In this document: positions 37,934 to 50,866 of the stretch, in pieces
How the letters are laid out: each line of letters begins with the position of its first letter
How positions within the stretch are numbered: the stretch's first letter is position 1
Made by a program: the position numbers and the translations under genes
Notes under the pieces: model-generated
What the model was told of the DNA's origin: nothing
The model's database searches: none
The model's input: only the letters and a program-made list of their open reading frames with translations
NCBI RefSeq assembly: GCF_036321535.1
Contig: NC_087438.1
Location: 9,984,001 to 10,048,000 of the forward strand
Length of the DNA stretch: 64,000 nucleotides
Direction of reading: 5' to 3'
From: Camelus dromedarius
Taxonomy: Eukaryota

Positions 37934-39084
37934 TCAACCAAGTATAATGAAATGAGAGAGGAGAAGGGACTGGGGTGTTTATAACCAACTGAGAGTGGAC
38001 TTTCAGCTGGATAAGGAGGAAAGGGAGGGCCCAAAAGAAATGAGGTAAATGACTGGAGAAAAGTTCAGTCGGTTGTGGTCCCCATGGGCTTGAAAGATTG
38101 TTGGAGAAAAGCATTAGAGGGAGTTATAAAGTCAGTTCTAAAGGCTTTTAAATTAGCATGATGCAAGATAAATACTGAAATAGCTGTGTTTCCATTTTTC
38201 TCCAGAATTGCAATGGCAAGATTGAGGCTCCAAAGGCCTGGTGAACTGTGCCAGACTTCCCTCCCAGAATCCAGGGGAGGCAGCAGGGGGTGGGGGGCAG
38301 AATGGGCTGCAGTGAGGGCATGCTGGCGGGCAGGGCTGGAGAGAGAATGGCCTGAGAGAGCCACCCACACATCACCCCGCACAATGGCCATCCAGCGACA
38401 TTCCTGTAGCCCTGGAGGGGCCAGGCGGTAACTGAGAATTCCAACAGGGTGCCGGCCAGGGGTCATCTGGACTGGAACAAGGGGACACAGAAGGCCAGGG
38501 GTGACAACACAGAGCTGGGGAACAGAAGGAGGCCATGGCTGGGTGCCCAGGCAGTGGGAGAGGGCGCCACGCTCCCCGGGAGCAACCAGCGTGGGCAGAA
38601 AATACAATGAGGTCCTGCCCAAAAGCCAAGCAGGAAGACACACATCTCCTAGGCCAGCTCAGAGAACCAGCCGCCCGCTTCTGGGGTCCCAGTGCTCCAG
38701 GAGCTTCTCCCTGCCCCAGGGATGTCTCAGGGAGGGAGAGGGTGACAGGGGAGATCATGGAGGTGGGAAAAAGCCTGACAGGAACTTTGAATTTTGTGGT
38801 AACTGAGAAATTGACTCAAAAGAGACTTTTGCTTTTAACCAGAAAATACAGAATTACCTCGAGTGATGAGACGGGTCTTCTGAGGGAAAACGGAGCAAGA
38901 TTGTTAATAAGGTGGTTCCCATTGAGAGGAAAAGGCAAGTTCCAGAAATCTAGTTGAATGGTGACTCTGGATTCTGATCCTAGCATGTGAACAAGGTGAT
39001 GTTACATAAAACAGCTCTAAATGCTGAGAGCAGGCGAGAGAATCACAATCTCTGAACAGGAAGAAGCTTTAGGCCGTCCATTCT

Positions 39085-39257
39085 GGAGATTTTCAACCAG
39101 GAGTGATCTTGTCCCCTGGGGACAGGGGCCCTCAGCTAGAGACATTTTCAGTTGTCACACTGGCCTCTAGTGCACAGAGGCCAGGGACACTACAATGCAC
39201 AGGGCAGCCCCTCACAACAGAGAATTGTGTCCGAGTGTCAAGGTTGAGAAACTCTTG
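39085..39257. mobile_element. hAT-Charlie MITE, MER20-like
   Basis: TTTCAACC...GAGACATTTTCAGTTGTCACA...ACAATGCACAGGGCAGCCCC...GTTGAGAAAC. Confidence 0.75.
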
Positions 39258-39689
39258 TCAAATCCAAAATTCTATCCAGGCGTGCACGCCCCCAGAAAAA
39301 CTCCGTCCTGGCTCAGCCAGTCTCGGCTTGGGAACTTGCGCGGTCACTTGCCTGCTGACTCAGTGACTGAGACGGGATCTGTTCCCAGCTCGGCCTGGCC
39401 CTAGAGTGTGGGCTTTTTAAACCTCTCTGTCACATGCCAAGGCCAGTCAAAGCCGGGATATTCTACTTGTGGTGCTCTGTATGTCCGGATGGTGGGATGT
39501 GAGGAGTTCTGCTAGAGGGTCCTCTTCCCCCAAATCTCTCTGCCACCTGCAACCGTGCCCGCGACTCCATCACTAAGAGTCCACCCTTTGGACTGAGGCT
39601 CCTCCCTCCAGCAGCCTCCTGGAAAATGCAGGTCCACCATGCAGGCTTGAAGACATTCCTCTACAATATAGTCTAAATGTGGTACTGCC

Positions 39690-39830
39690 TGTGGACCCTG
39701 GGTGAGGTTCTTGACCTCCCTGTGCCTCAATTTCCTCATCTGTAAAATGGGAATAACAATTATACCCACCTCCTGGATTGTCATGCACATGGAATGAGTG
39801 ATTGTATGTAAAGCCTGATGCGTGCTAGGG
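39690..39830 (+). mobile_element. MIR SINE
   Basis: GACCTCCCTGTGCCTCAATTTCCTCATCTGTAAAATGGGAATAA core. Confidence 0.8.
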
Positions 39831-40487
39831 TCAATTTGTGTGGTTAACTGTGTGTTCAGGCGACCAGAGGGGAAATCTGTATGGGCTCTTTAAAAAGCCT
39901 GGCAGGAACCCAGGTGTTAAAAAAAAAAGAAGCAAAAAAACTGCAGCTTCTGCAGTTTCTTTTCAAGTAAGACAAACTGTTCAGAACTGAACAAGCATTA
40001 GTAAGAAGTGAGTAACTGACTATTCACTTGGTTGCCGAGGAAACCCTCCAGGTTGGAGGAAGGACTATGATGGAGGTTGATGCTGACTCCAGAAGTGGCC
40101 CATAGAATTCTGCCCTTCTCCCTCCGAAACAGGAGGAAACAGGTGCACAAGGGCATTTCAGAGCTAAACCCTGTGGTTCCAAGGAAGCCTCGTGTCTCAG
40201 CAGAAAGCCTGCTTGTCTCTGATGCTCAGGCAGACTTACTCAGGACACACAAGAATAAGCCAGGTGTTGCCGAGACAAGCTGCACACTTGTTCTCAGGTC
40301 AGCGGAGGTCGTCTGTGGGCTGTGTAAACCCCAAGCGTATGTGGGAGAAAGCTAAATATTTCTCCAAGAAAAAGAAGAAAAGAGAGCAAAAGGCGAGCAG
40401 GAGTCAGAAAAGGTTGTGGGAGGACCTAGATATTACAATTTCTGGAAAAACTATTTCCCTATTTTATTCCAGATTCATCATGGACTT

Positions 40488-40513
40488 TGTGTGTGTGTGT
40501 GTGTGTGTGTGTG
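40488..40513. repeat. (TG)n microsatellite
   Basis: Direct reading. Confidence 0.9.
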
Positions 40514-40559
40514 GTAAAATACATATGACATAAAATTTACCATTTTAAAGTATACAGTT

Positions 40560-42030
40560 TGCATTCATAAAATACAAAGGACTTGTAATTCAGCCAAAAT
40601 AATCCTGAAAAAGAACAAAGTTGAAGGACTTACATTACCTAGATTTCAAGACAACTATAATGCCTCAGTTATCAATAGTGTGGTACCATCAAGGATAGTC
40701 ATAAGATGAATGGAAAAGAAGAGAGGGTCCAGAAATAAACTGACGTATATATGGTCAATTAATATCTACCAGAGATGCCAAGGTGATTCAAGGGGAAAGG
40801 ATAGTCTTTCCCCATAGAAATGCTGCTTGACCAATTGGATATCCACAAAGAAGAAAGTAAATCTCCAATCTTACCTCACACCGTATACAAAAACGAACTC
40901 CAATGGATTGCAAACCTAAATGTAAAAGCCAAAACTGTGAAACACTTAGAAAAAAAAATCTTTGTGATCTTGGGTAGATCAAAAGCTCCTGGGACACAAA
41001 AAAGCACAAATCATTAAAAAATATATATTGACAAAATGGACTTCATCAAACTTGAAAGTTTTTATTCTTTGAAACATACTGTTAATGCAATGAAAAGGCA
41101 AACTGAAGACCGGGAGAAACAATGAACTTGTCTTTAGAACATAAAATTTTTACAATTTAATCATAAGAAGTCAAACCAGCCAATTTTTTTTTTAATGGGC
41201 AAAAGATTTCAGCTGCCTTCACAACTGAGGATATGCAAATGGCCAATAAGCACATGAAAAGATTCTCAACATCATTAGTCATTGGGAAAATGCAAATTAA
41301 AAGCACAATGAGTTAACACGATACACCCACTAGAATGGCTAAAATTAAAAGACTGGCAATGCCACGTTGGCAAGGAAGTGGAGCGATGGGAGGTGTAAAA
41401 CTGTGCTTTGAAAAACAGTTTGGCAGTTTCTGAAAAAATTAAACATACATTTAACATATGACCCAGAAATTCTGCTTCTAGATTTCTACCCAAGAAAAAT
41501 GATAACATATGTACTCAAAAGATTTGTATATGAACGTTCATGGCAGCTTTCTTTAGAGAAATTGTGTTACATTAAAATCCTTCACAGCGATTTAAAGGAA
41601 TGATGTAGTGAGACAGGCAACCACAGGAATGAAGCTTAAAAATGTTATCATTAGTGTCTCAGTAATTTTTTCATGGCACCTAAGCCAAAATGCCTAATAG
41701 TTCTGTTTATCGAGAGGTTGGGTCCAAACAACTTCATAACAGTGGTTCCCGAGGTGTCGAGCAGAAGTCTCCATGTTTCTCTCAGAAACTGTAAATGTCC
41801 CTTGTGAGTTTGCTGTCTTGTCCCAGGATGTCTCAGCACAGTCTGGGAACCATGAAGGACAATGGTTGCCTGAGACAACGGGAAAAGAGCATTAGGGAGC
41901 TTTGTGCAATGATGAAACCTCCCTAAATTTTGATCGTGGTGGTGGTAATACAGGTGTATATATTTGTCTCCAATGAATGCATTTTGTTGTTTGTAAATTA
42001 TACCTCACCAAAGTTGACTGAAAAATAAAG
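40560..42030 (+). mobile_element. Old L1M (degenerate ORF2 3' part and 3'UTR) with nested hAT-Charlie fragment at ~41650-41853
   Basis: AAGAACAAAGTTGAAGGACTTACATTACC, CCAGAAATAAAC, GCAAATGGCCAATAAGCACATGAAAAGAT. Confidence 0.8.
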
Positions 42031-42964
42031 TCCAAAAATATCTGTTTTAAGTATGAAATCACATCTCATGTGTACATACACACCTGTGCATACACACACT
42101 CACTCCTCTTTCTGCCTCTTCATAGAATCACAGAACTACGTTTAGTTATTTTTCTACTGGCCCCAATAACTAACTCTCAGTTTTCACCTCCCTCCTTCTC
42201 TGCCACAACTCCACTCCTGCCAATTAAATTTATTTTCACCATTTCTATTTCCCAGCATTCATATACTAAGGAATACTGTGAATCCAGATGGAAGAGCACA
42301 GAGGAAGCTGTAAGAACTTAAAAGGCACTAGTAGGCGTGAACCACCGTTATAAATTAAGAATGTGGTGTCAAGGTCACACTATCTTTCTCAGTAGAGGCT
42401 TGTGAAATAGCCAAGGACTGAAATTTTGTGAATTTGTTGAGACTTGAGGGTTTCTGAGATATCCTATTAGTATCCTTAAATAACTGTTTGAAAACACCAT
42501 CTACGTGGCTACCATTTATTGACCATCTGCTTTCCTGATAGACACTGAGATAAATGCTTTGGAGCTTTATTTCATTAAATCCCCCCAACTCTGTGGAATT
42601 GATATGATTAGCCTCACTGCACAGATCATGAAACTGAGGTTCAGGGAGGTTAAATAAATTGGTCTGTGTGGATCTGGGATTACTAAGTGGAGAAACTGGA
42701 ATTTATACTGTGATCTGTCTGCCCTGGCAGTTTGAGGTCTGTACTATGCCTCTCTGACTAGCTACGTGCCTCTGATCCAATCACTTTGAGTGAACAGAAC
42801 TGTGTAAGGGGAATCTGACGCTCACTCTGTGTGAACCTTGTGTGTAAGGCGTGTTGTCCCTCGATCTTCTCCTGATGCGTGGCGGGTGACAGCGAATTCT
42901 GCTTATGTACCAATTTCAAATGTTAAAAGATTTTTCCAGGAAGGAAAATCCAGAACAATATATT

Positions 42965-43720
42965 TTTTTAACATTTTTTATTGATTTATAATCATTTTAC
43001 AATGTTGTGTCAAATTCCAGTGTAGAGCACAATTTTTCAGTTATACATGAACATATATATATTCATTGTCACATTTTTTTCTCTGTGAGCTCCCATAAGA
43101 TCTTGTATATATTTCCCTGTGCTATACAGTATAATCTTGTTTATCTGTTCTACAATTTTGAAATCCCGTGTATCCCTTCCCACACTCCACCCCCTTGGCA
43201 ACCACAAGTTTGTATTCTATGTCTATGAGTCTGTTTCTGTTTTGTATTTATGCTTTGTTTGTTTGTTTGTTTTAGATTCCACATATGAGAGATCTCATAT
43301 GGTATTTTTCTTTCTCTTTCTGGCTTACTTCACTTAGAATGACATTCTCCAGGAGCATCCATGTTGCTGCAAATGGTGTTATGTTGTCGGTTTTTATGGC
43401 TGAGTAGTATTCCACTGTATAAATATAACACATCTTCTTTATCCAGTCATCCATTGACGGACATTTAGGCTGTTTCCATGTCTTGGCTACTGTAAATAGT
43501 ACTGGTATGAGCATTGGGGTGCAGGTGTCATCCTGAAGTAGGGTTCCTTCTGGATATATGCCCAGGAGCAGGATTCCTGGGTCATACGGTAAGTCTATTC
43601 CTAGTCTTTTGAGGAATCTCCATACTGTTTTCCACAGTGGCTGCACCAAACTGCATTCCCACCAGCAGTGTAGGAGGGTTCCCCTTTCTCCACAGCCTCT
43701 CCAGCATTTGCCATTTATGG
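42965..43720 (-). mobile_element. Young 5'-truncated L1 (ORF2 C-terminus + 3'UTR)
   Basis: ORF 43272-43757 encodes [26 protein letters not shown]; same subfamily as 10055-10799; 23-bp TSD at 42942-42964 / 43721-43743. Confidence 0.95.
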
Positions 43721-43949
43721 AGGAAAATCCAGAATGATATATTCTTCTGATGGACAAATGTTAGACATTCTACTGCATTCTCTTTTATCATTATGGGGTT
43801 TTTAGCTAAATAATAACTACATTAAGAATATTTAAATAACAATGACTCCTTGCATTTTTCGACTGTAACTGTTTACAAGGTGTCCATCCCCTGGGGGTCT
43901 TTCCAACCACCATAAGGTATCATCATTGAGTGGACACCACCCCTGACTC

Positions 43950-44381
43950 TACATCATCTATTCCATCCCAGATGATTTCTCGGAGCTCATCAGAATAACC
44001 CCATTCCTCAGGCCAGTAAGTAACTCAGGAATGGCCACGTGACCAAACCTAGCCAACAAAAAGTGAAGACACATCTTAAAAGTGAAATAAGAAAAGCCAC
44101 AGGAAGAAAGGCTCTCTTGTGCTCCCCTGGGTGTTGCCATGTCTGGATGGGACACCTGGAACAGTGACAGGTTTCTTATTCCCATACCAGCCCGAGAATG
44201 ACAATGACACGGGGTGGCAGACCTGAGAGCCAGAGAGAACCTGACCTCCAGGATGCTGACTCAACTCCCCCCGAGCCCTCGTGCCTCCAGTTCCCCTCCT
44301 GTGTGAGACGGCACATGTCCTTACTGCTGAAGCCACCTTGACCTCTGTCTCAATCCCTTGCAGCAGAAAGGACCCTAATAC
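43950..44381 (+). mobile_element. MaLR LTR, MLT1J-like
   Basis: GGCCACGTGACC...CCTGGAACAGTGACAG...TGAAGCCAC...CTTGCAGCAGAAAG...CTAATAC. Confidence 0.6.
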
Positions 44382-47141
44382 CTTTAACCCACTTGGGGCT
44401 CCACGAGGTTAAGAGATTTACTCTTTATCACACTGTTACTGTAACCAGAATTGGAACCATAATCCCAGTCTCCTGTCAGCCAAATCATCTTTCACTCACC
44501 TGCCGCTAATAACTGGCTGAAATCATCTTACCCATTTTGGTTTGATGAGTATCAGCTCAATACTCAAAATACCATTTTTGTTGCAATTTAAAGAGAAAAA
44601 TCTAAGAAAGTAAGTGTCTGTTGAATACGATAATGCATAGTACGGATGCTTGCTTTGGTATTATTTTGTAATAGAAATTAACTCAGAGCTGAAAACATTC
44701 GGTTTAACGTAACACATGAAATATCACCGTCTACTTCAGGTGACCGAAGGTCAAGATGATCAAGACAAACTGTAGTGTTGCTTGTCTTTGTAAAACAACA
44801 TTTGTGAGTCAAAGATTCTTGCTCACTGTAATTCTTAAACCCTACATAAATAAGACATGAGAATCCTTTCTTTCTACAGTACCAATAGTCATCCAAAAGT
44901 ATGTTGGGTTGTGTTTTTTCCTTATTTTATTCAAAGTTTGTGTTTTACCCTTTAACAAATGTTTGTAACAAAATTTTATCCAGCTAAATTTCTTTTTCCA
45001 TCTTTGGAACATTTCCCACAACCAATAGTTTAATTTTATCTTGGGATCTAGAGCTGAAAGGGCTAAGACATCTGCTAATTAATTTATCTTCCTTCTTTGC
45101 AGCAGGTAGATCTTTGCCCTGGATAAACTGAATTCATGTTGCTTTTAAAGTCCCCAGAAGGCACCAGCATCACCAGTCTCAGAAATGCCTTCTCAGCACC
45201 AGGAAGCTCTTTTTAGGTCAGACATAAATCTCACACTGTGCAGTTTATGCTCATTTCCTCTTTTTTGTACTTCCTCAGTTGATCACAGCCTCCTTCATCC
45301 TGGATTAAAGCACAGGTACTTTGCCCAGGTGGCCTCTGATGGCTCCTCATTGCCTTCGTCCAGGTGTCTCCCATCTCTCGTGCTGCCTATTGGCCACCCA
45401 GGGCTGCCCGATGACTCCCACAGCCATCTTGGCATCCAGAGCCTCCTCTGATTGGAGTCTCTTTATAACTAGAAGGACCCAGGTTCTGGTCTTCCAGTTC
45501 AGTGCTAGTGTTTGCCTGTTGTTTGGCACAACTTTCAAGAGTGCCACCTTCTTTCCTCCTCAATAGTGTCTTGGTTTGCTTAATAAATGATACAATCCCC
45601 TTATTTACAGGGTATGAAGAATCAGGATGATTTCCCTGAACCTCCCAGCTTGCGGGGCCCCATACCTGACCAGAAGCCAAGTCAAAGTACCAATAATGAG
45701 AAGAAAAAAAAGACAGATGTGAGAGTATAAAACATATCACCCATGAGAAGAAGAGGTGGATGAGGAAAATTAAAAGGACACACACAGAAAGAGAAAGGGG
45801 AGAGGGAGGGGACGGAGAAGAAGGGAGACAGAAGAAGAGACGCACAGAGGGAGAGACCCAGCAGGTCCTGGGAGAAGTATCAGAAGTAAGCAGTTCCGGT
45901 CACAGCTTGTTACTGGTTGAGTTTCCCAGGCAAGCGTTACTGGAAACCACTGAAATCTTAACCTATTTTTCATCGCTCATCAACTGCCTTGATATTTCAG
46001 AACATGCAGCAGTCTCCTCCTGAGGTGATACTTTGGTCTATGATGGCATGACTCACTGATTTGGATTAAACCAATGCAAGGAATTAAACATTAGACCCCG
46101 TTTTTCATATAAACGTAAAGGCTACCAGGCACTCAGTGTGGACCAGGGAGCAGAACCTGCACTGAGGGCTGTCAGCCTATTGCCTCAGCCTTTCGTACCC
46201 CTACACCCATGAGGGAGATGTTAGATGATGAGGAAGTGGAGGCACCATGCTACCCAGCAAATGGCAGGGCTGGGATTCATTCTTGGTGTTGTCTGACTCC
46301 AAACACTGGGCTCTCAGCTTTGCATCATGCTGTCTTACTGCGAGCCAGGGCTCTATGGTGGCAGCTACAACTTTTGGTGCACAGGAAATGGCTGAGTCTT
46401 TAGTTTTAGGTTAGTGATGAAAGCCAGACAATGACTTCTCTCTACCTGGTCTGTGCAAATGGACCACTGTCTTCCCCTACAGCAAATTCTTCCGTCCCCT
46501 GGGTCATGGCATTATATCTTCCTTGAGGATATGAATATATTTGTCTTTCTACTTTTCTAGGAATCTGAGAAGAGCATAGAGTTTTGAGTGAGGGGTCTCC
46601 ATAAAGGCATTTCCCACGCATTGGGGAAGAGCACCGTATTTCCACCAAGAATTCGATATTGGCATCTGAGCCCAGTGGTAAAGAAAAAGGTAACCCAAGG
46701 GCAGCCCCACCCCCATCAAACACTTGAGTTTGGATTTACAGCAGATATTCAAACACAGAAAACAGCAAATACTATCAGATGGTATTTAAAGAACATAACA
46801 TTCCAAGGTTTATAGCACTGCTCCCACATGTCATAATTACAGTTTAAGGGCATATTTTGCTCCCAAACGTACTGTTTCTTATAACCTCACTCACAGTATT
46901 TGTATAAAGTACACTGTGCATATGGACTTATTAATATTTCTTTTATTTGCAAGGAGTCACCATTAGCAGGAGACAGGGCCATGAACACATACACAATAGC
47001 TACAACCAAGCCTGCTGAGTACATTGTGATCACTTGTGTCCTAAGGGTTCTTGTCATCATTTCTGGAAATGTCAACCTGACCCTTGGACTAGGCTCATCA
47101 TTGCTTCCTGCTCTTGCTTTTGACCTGATGTCAGTAGGCTG

Positions 47142-47263
47142 CAGGTGAGCCCAGACTAGATCAGCCAACACCAAGCAAACCCATGGATGCATGCTTTTAG
47201 ATGTTCCTGAGTTTTAGGGTCATTTGTTACATAGCACTGTGGTGACAATAGGTGACTGATACA
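47142..47263 (+). mobile_element. 3' end of MaLR LTR (MLT1H/I-like)
   Basis: GAGCCCAGACTAGATCAGCC...TTTGTTACATAGCA...GACTGATACA. Confidence 0.75.
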
Positions 47264-47634
47264 ACCAACAAGTCTCCAGAGAAAGTGATGGGCTTTAAAG
47301 CTAGTCTTTAATAGGATATGACTTCTCCTGATCAAAAGGGGAAGGAAGAACATTTTAGATGAAAAAAAAAAAGCATAAATCCCAGAGGCGCAAAGTATAT
47401 CACTGGAAAACAGGGTACATGACAAAGAGAGGATGCTGGGAAAGGTAAATCGGGGTCTACTTATGAATGTGTTTACATACTGTACTCATCAGGACAAGCC
47501 AGAAAGTGCTTCAGTAACAAACAACACCTTAAATCTTTGTGGCTTGTCACAGTGAAGGTTTATTTCTCATTCACAAAAGGGTTGACGCAGTCGAGGCAGC
47601 CGCCTCCATCCAGAAACTGCTCTGGGTAGCACAC

Positions 47635-48089
47635 TATATTAGCTTGCTATATAACCGCCATAAAAAGGTTTCCAGAAAAGCCACAGGAATGCATTGACAT
47701 TTGCATACAGAGATGTATTGTCTCACAGTTCTGGAGGCTAACAGACTGAAACCCAGGGTCTGGCAGGGCCATACTCACTCCTTAGCCTCTAGGGAAGGAT
47801 CCTGCCCTGCCTCTTCCAGCTTCTGGAAGCCTCAAGAGTTCCTTGGTTTGTGGCAGCACAGTCCCATTCTCTGCTTCACCTTCACGCGGCCTTCTCCCCT
47901 CCGTGTCTGTGTCCAAATTTCCCTCTTCTTATAAGGACACCAGCCATACTGGAGTAGGGCTTGCTCTAGGGACCTCACGTTAACTCAATTCCATCTCAAA
48001 GACTCTACTCCCAAATAAGGCCATTTTCACCGGTGCTAGGGGTTAGGCCTGCAACATAGCTTTCAGGAGACACAGTACAACCCCCGACA
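47635..48089 (-). mobile_element. MaLR solo LTR, MLT1B/C-like, nested in an older MaLR (~47480-48320)
   Basis: TCTCACAGTTCTGGAGGC...CTCTTCCAGCTTCTGG...TTATAAGGACACCAG; flanks CACAC/CATGC. Confidence 0.8.
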
Positions 48090-49744
48090 CATGCAGAGCT
48101 GTAAAGTCACTGCAGCAGGATGAGAGAAGGCTGAGGGATACCGTGGAATGTGTTTGGGATCCAGGTCTGGACGTGGCTTCTGCCACTTTCGTCCATCTCC
48201 CACTGACCAAAATCTGGTCCCACGGTCCCAGCCTAACAGCAAAGGAGGCTGGGAAATGTGGAGGAGCACGTGGCTGTGAGGTGAGCATCAACAGTGTCTT
48301 CTGTGACCTCCCCACTCAGGAGCCCAGCCTTCACTCTTCAGGCAACAGGAAGCCACAAAGCACAGGGAGGGAGAGAAAGGGAGCAGGTAGAATGAGCGGA
48401 TGGAGTAAAGAAAGCAATTCGGGAGACCAGAGGGTTGATCAGGGCGCTGTAGGAATCACCCAGAGTGTAGATGGTGAAGACCTGCCACTGGGCTGTACTG
48501 CTGGGAAGGGAGAGGAGGAAGTGGGTTTGAGGAAATTGTCGGAGGCAGAACCGTACACCCAGGCAGAAGAAAAGGAAAAGGAACCATTGTTCTGACTTAC
48601 AGTCACTTCACAGCAGGATATTAGAGGGTTTAAGCCAAAGGAATACTTTGTGCTTTGGGAAAACTCTTCTGAATAGTCTGCAACATTTCAAAAAGCAAAA
48701 TTTCCAAAACCAGATTATTTTGCTAAAATTGCCTACGAGCCTATGTTGTGGATACCACTGGGAGCGCATGAGGCCTTTTCCTACCATGAAGGCTGGAAAG
48801 GAGATGAAGGAGCAAACTCAACCCAGAAACATCTCTTTGGGGACTTTCCCCCTTTAGCAAAGGGATCAGAGAGAAAGGAATGAATTTCAGAAAAATAACC
48901 TGGTGGCTCTGTGTTTTCACTCTGAGACCAGCTCTGCAACATGGTGCCAGGAGTTCAGCATTGCTCCTGGAAGGAAGAAAACAGCTCCCAGGCTGCAGAG
49001 TCCAGGGCAGAGCCTAGCTGGAGGTGGTGACTTCCCGTGGACACGGGTGTGAGGTCCACGCTCCTGGTGAGAACATCCTCCAGATCGCCGACGCCCTAAG
49101 ACCCACAGCTCCCCGGGAGGCCGGTGCCCCAGCTCTCCTGCACCGTGTGTACCTTCCCTCCTGGGCAATGGGGACACTTACTTACTCCCCAGTTACTACG
49201 CACACTCAGAAAGAAGCAGCCTGCTACTTATCACTGGAAGGACTTTTGAAACACAATGCAGAAAGGGATCAATCCTTCCCAGAGGGGCCATCTGGGCCCC
49301 TGAAAGCAAGCAAGGCGGAGGAGGAGCCCTTCCAGGCATGGAGCTTTGCGGGCAGAGGCACACACACTCTGCCGCCCAGTCACGTTGTCATCAGAACCTT
49401 AGCGACCACTTTGGTGTGACACTGGCCATATTACAATTCCATCTATGTTCCCGCTGCTGCCTGGAGGAATTGCAGAGGCCTGACCTCTCTGCTCAGTGAG
49501 ACAAATGCTCTCTGCCCCACTCACCCCATTAAATAGTGTCTTCTCAACTCATAAGGAGCCCCCTACCCCCATCCCCCAGAGTCAGAGCAGCCAGGCAAGT
49601 TGGGGAGTGTGAACAGCAGACTCAACACACTGAGAATGACTGACTCAGCTAGAACACCTTTCTCTTCTTCTCCGTTCCTTTTTCCTCCCCATGTAAGCCG
49701 CTCTTTTGCCCCTTTCCTCTTTGCCCATTTCTGTTCCTCTCAAA

Positions 49745-50218
49745 CCTTATAGAAAGGAGATCACCAAACAACTGAACCTCACTCCTGACTTATGCTCACA
49801 CCATGGCACCGTGGCTTGCCTAACCTGTTGATTCTTTTCCTAGATTAAAGGAAGTAAGAATGAAGAATTAAGTAGTTACAGAATGACTAGCCCTCTCCCC
49901 CCAGTAGCCCCCTTAGCAATCCTGGTGGCAGATCACGCCGGTAAGATAACACCTGAAGAAAGATAATGAGGAGTCAGCCAGTCTGCACGTGAAGGAGAAC
50001 AATGCAGAACCCAGCCTCCCGCCGCCATGGTTCACTGAGATTCTTCCCTTTAAAAACTGTCATGACCAAGCACAACTCTTCAGAGTTGGTCTTGGGACAC
50101 AAGTTCACCTTCTCCACAGGTTGCCAGATTTCTGATAAAGCAACTTTCCTTTCTACCAACACTTGCCTCTAGAGTATTGGCTTTCAAGCACCAAGCAGCC
50201 AAAATTGAGTTTGGTAAT
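49745..50218 (+). mobile_element. ERV1-class LTR
   Basis: CCCTTTAAAAAC TATA-like box, GATAAAGC poly(A)-like signal, ATTGGCTTT...TTTGGTAA end, architecture like 1162-1780. Confidence 0.55.
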
Positions 50219-50866
50219 TCCTGCTCCTGCCTTCTGCCTTTTAAGTCTTCCTTCTCACCCACCATGGGCTCAACTGGACCTCACCATCCAGAGCAAAGAG
50301 AAAGGTCAGGAGAAATTTAGGAGAATACAGTATCTGAGGTCAAAGCGAGTCAGACCAGGGAAGGATGACATCATTCACCTGGAGAGCAGACTCAGCTGCC
50401 CCCTCTTAGACCCCAGACTTTACAAGAATAAAGACTTTATCCAGTCTTTCCCGTGCCGTCCATTTTCCTACACCTCAGTGTGCCTTATGGATATCTGTTA
50501 AGAAGCTTGTGACAAACTAATGCTTTCCAAATGCCTCAGTGACTTGCAGGCAGTTCGTTGACGACAAGAAAACCTCACTTATCAGGAGCTCGACCCCCGT
50601 GTGCATCTGCTGGAATGTGCAGCTGAGTAGGTGTCTCTTACTACAGACACCGACGGAACAGATTGCAAATGCCCCATTAGCATCCGCTTGCCTCCCATAG
50701 CTGCAGAGGTTGTTAACATTTTAATCACACACACAAACACACATTCAAGGTTGATGATTTTTAAGATCTGCTTTAACTTGGAACTTAACCTGTTTAAAAC
50801 TCTTCAGTGGCTCCCCACCGAATTGGTGAGAATATCTAAAACCCTGCAACGGGCAAGGCTCTGCGT

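Noticed and set aside
38065..38957. Cluster of 100-190 aa ORFs
   Set aside because: GC-richer patch with ORFs on both strands and no recognisable protein features or splice support
43272..43757. 161-aa ORF with a Cys-rich motif
   Set aside because: C-terminal end of L1 ORF2 in a 5'-truncated copy, not a host gene
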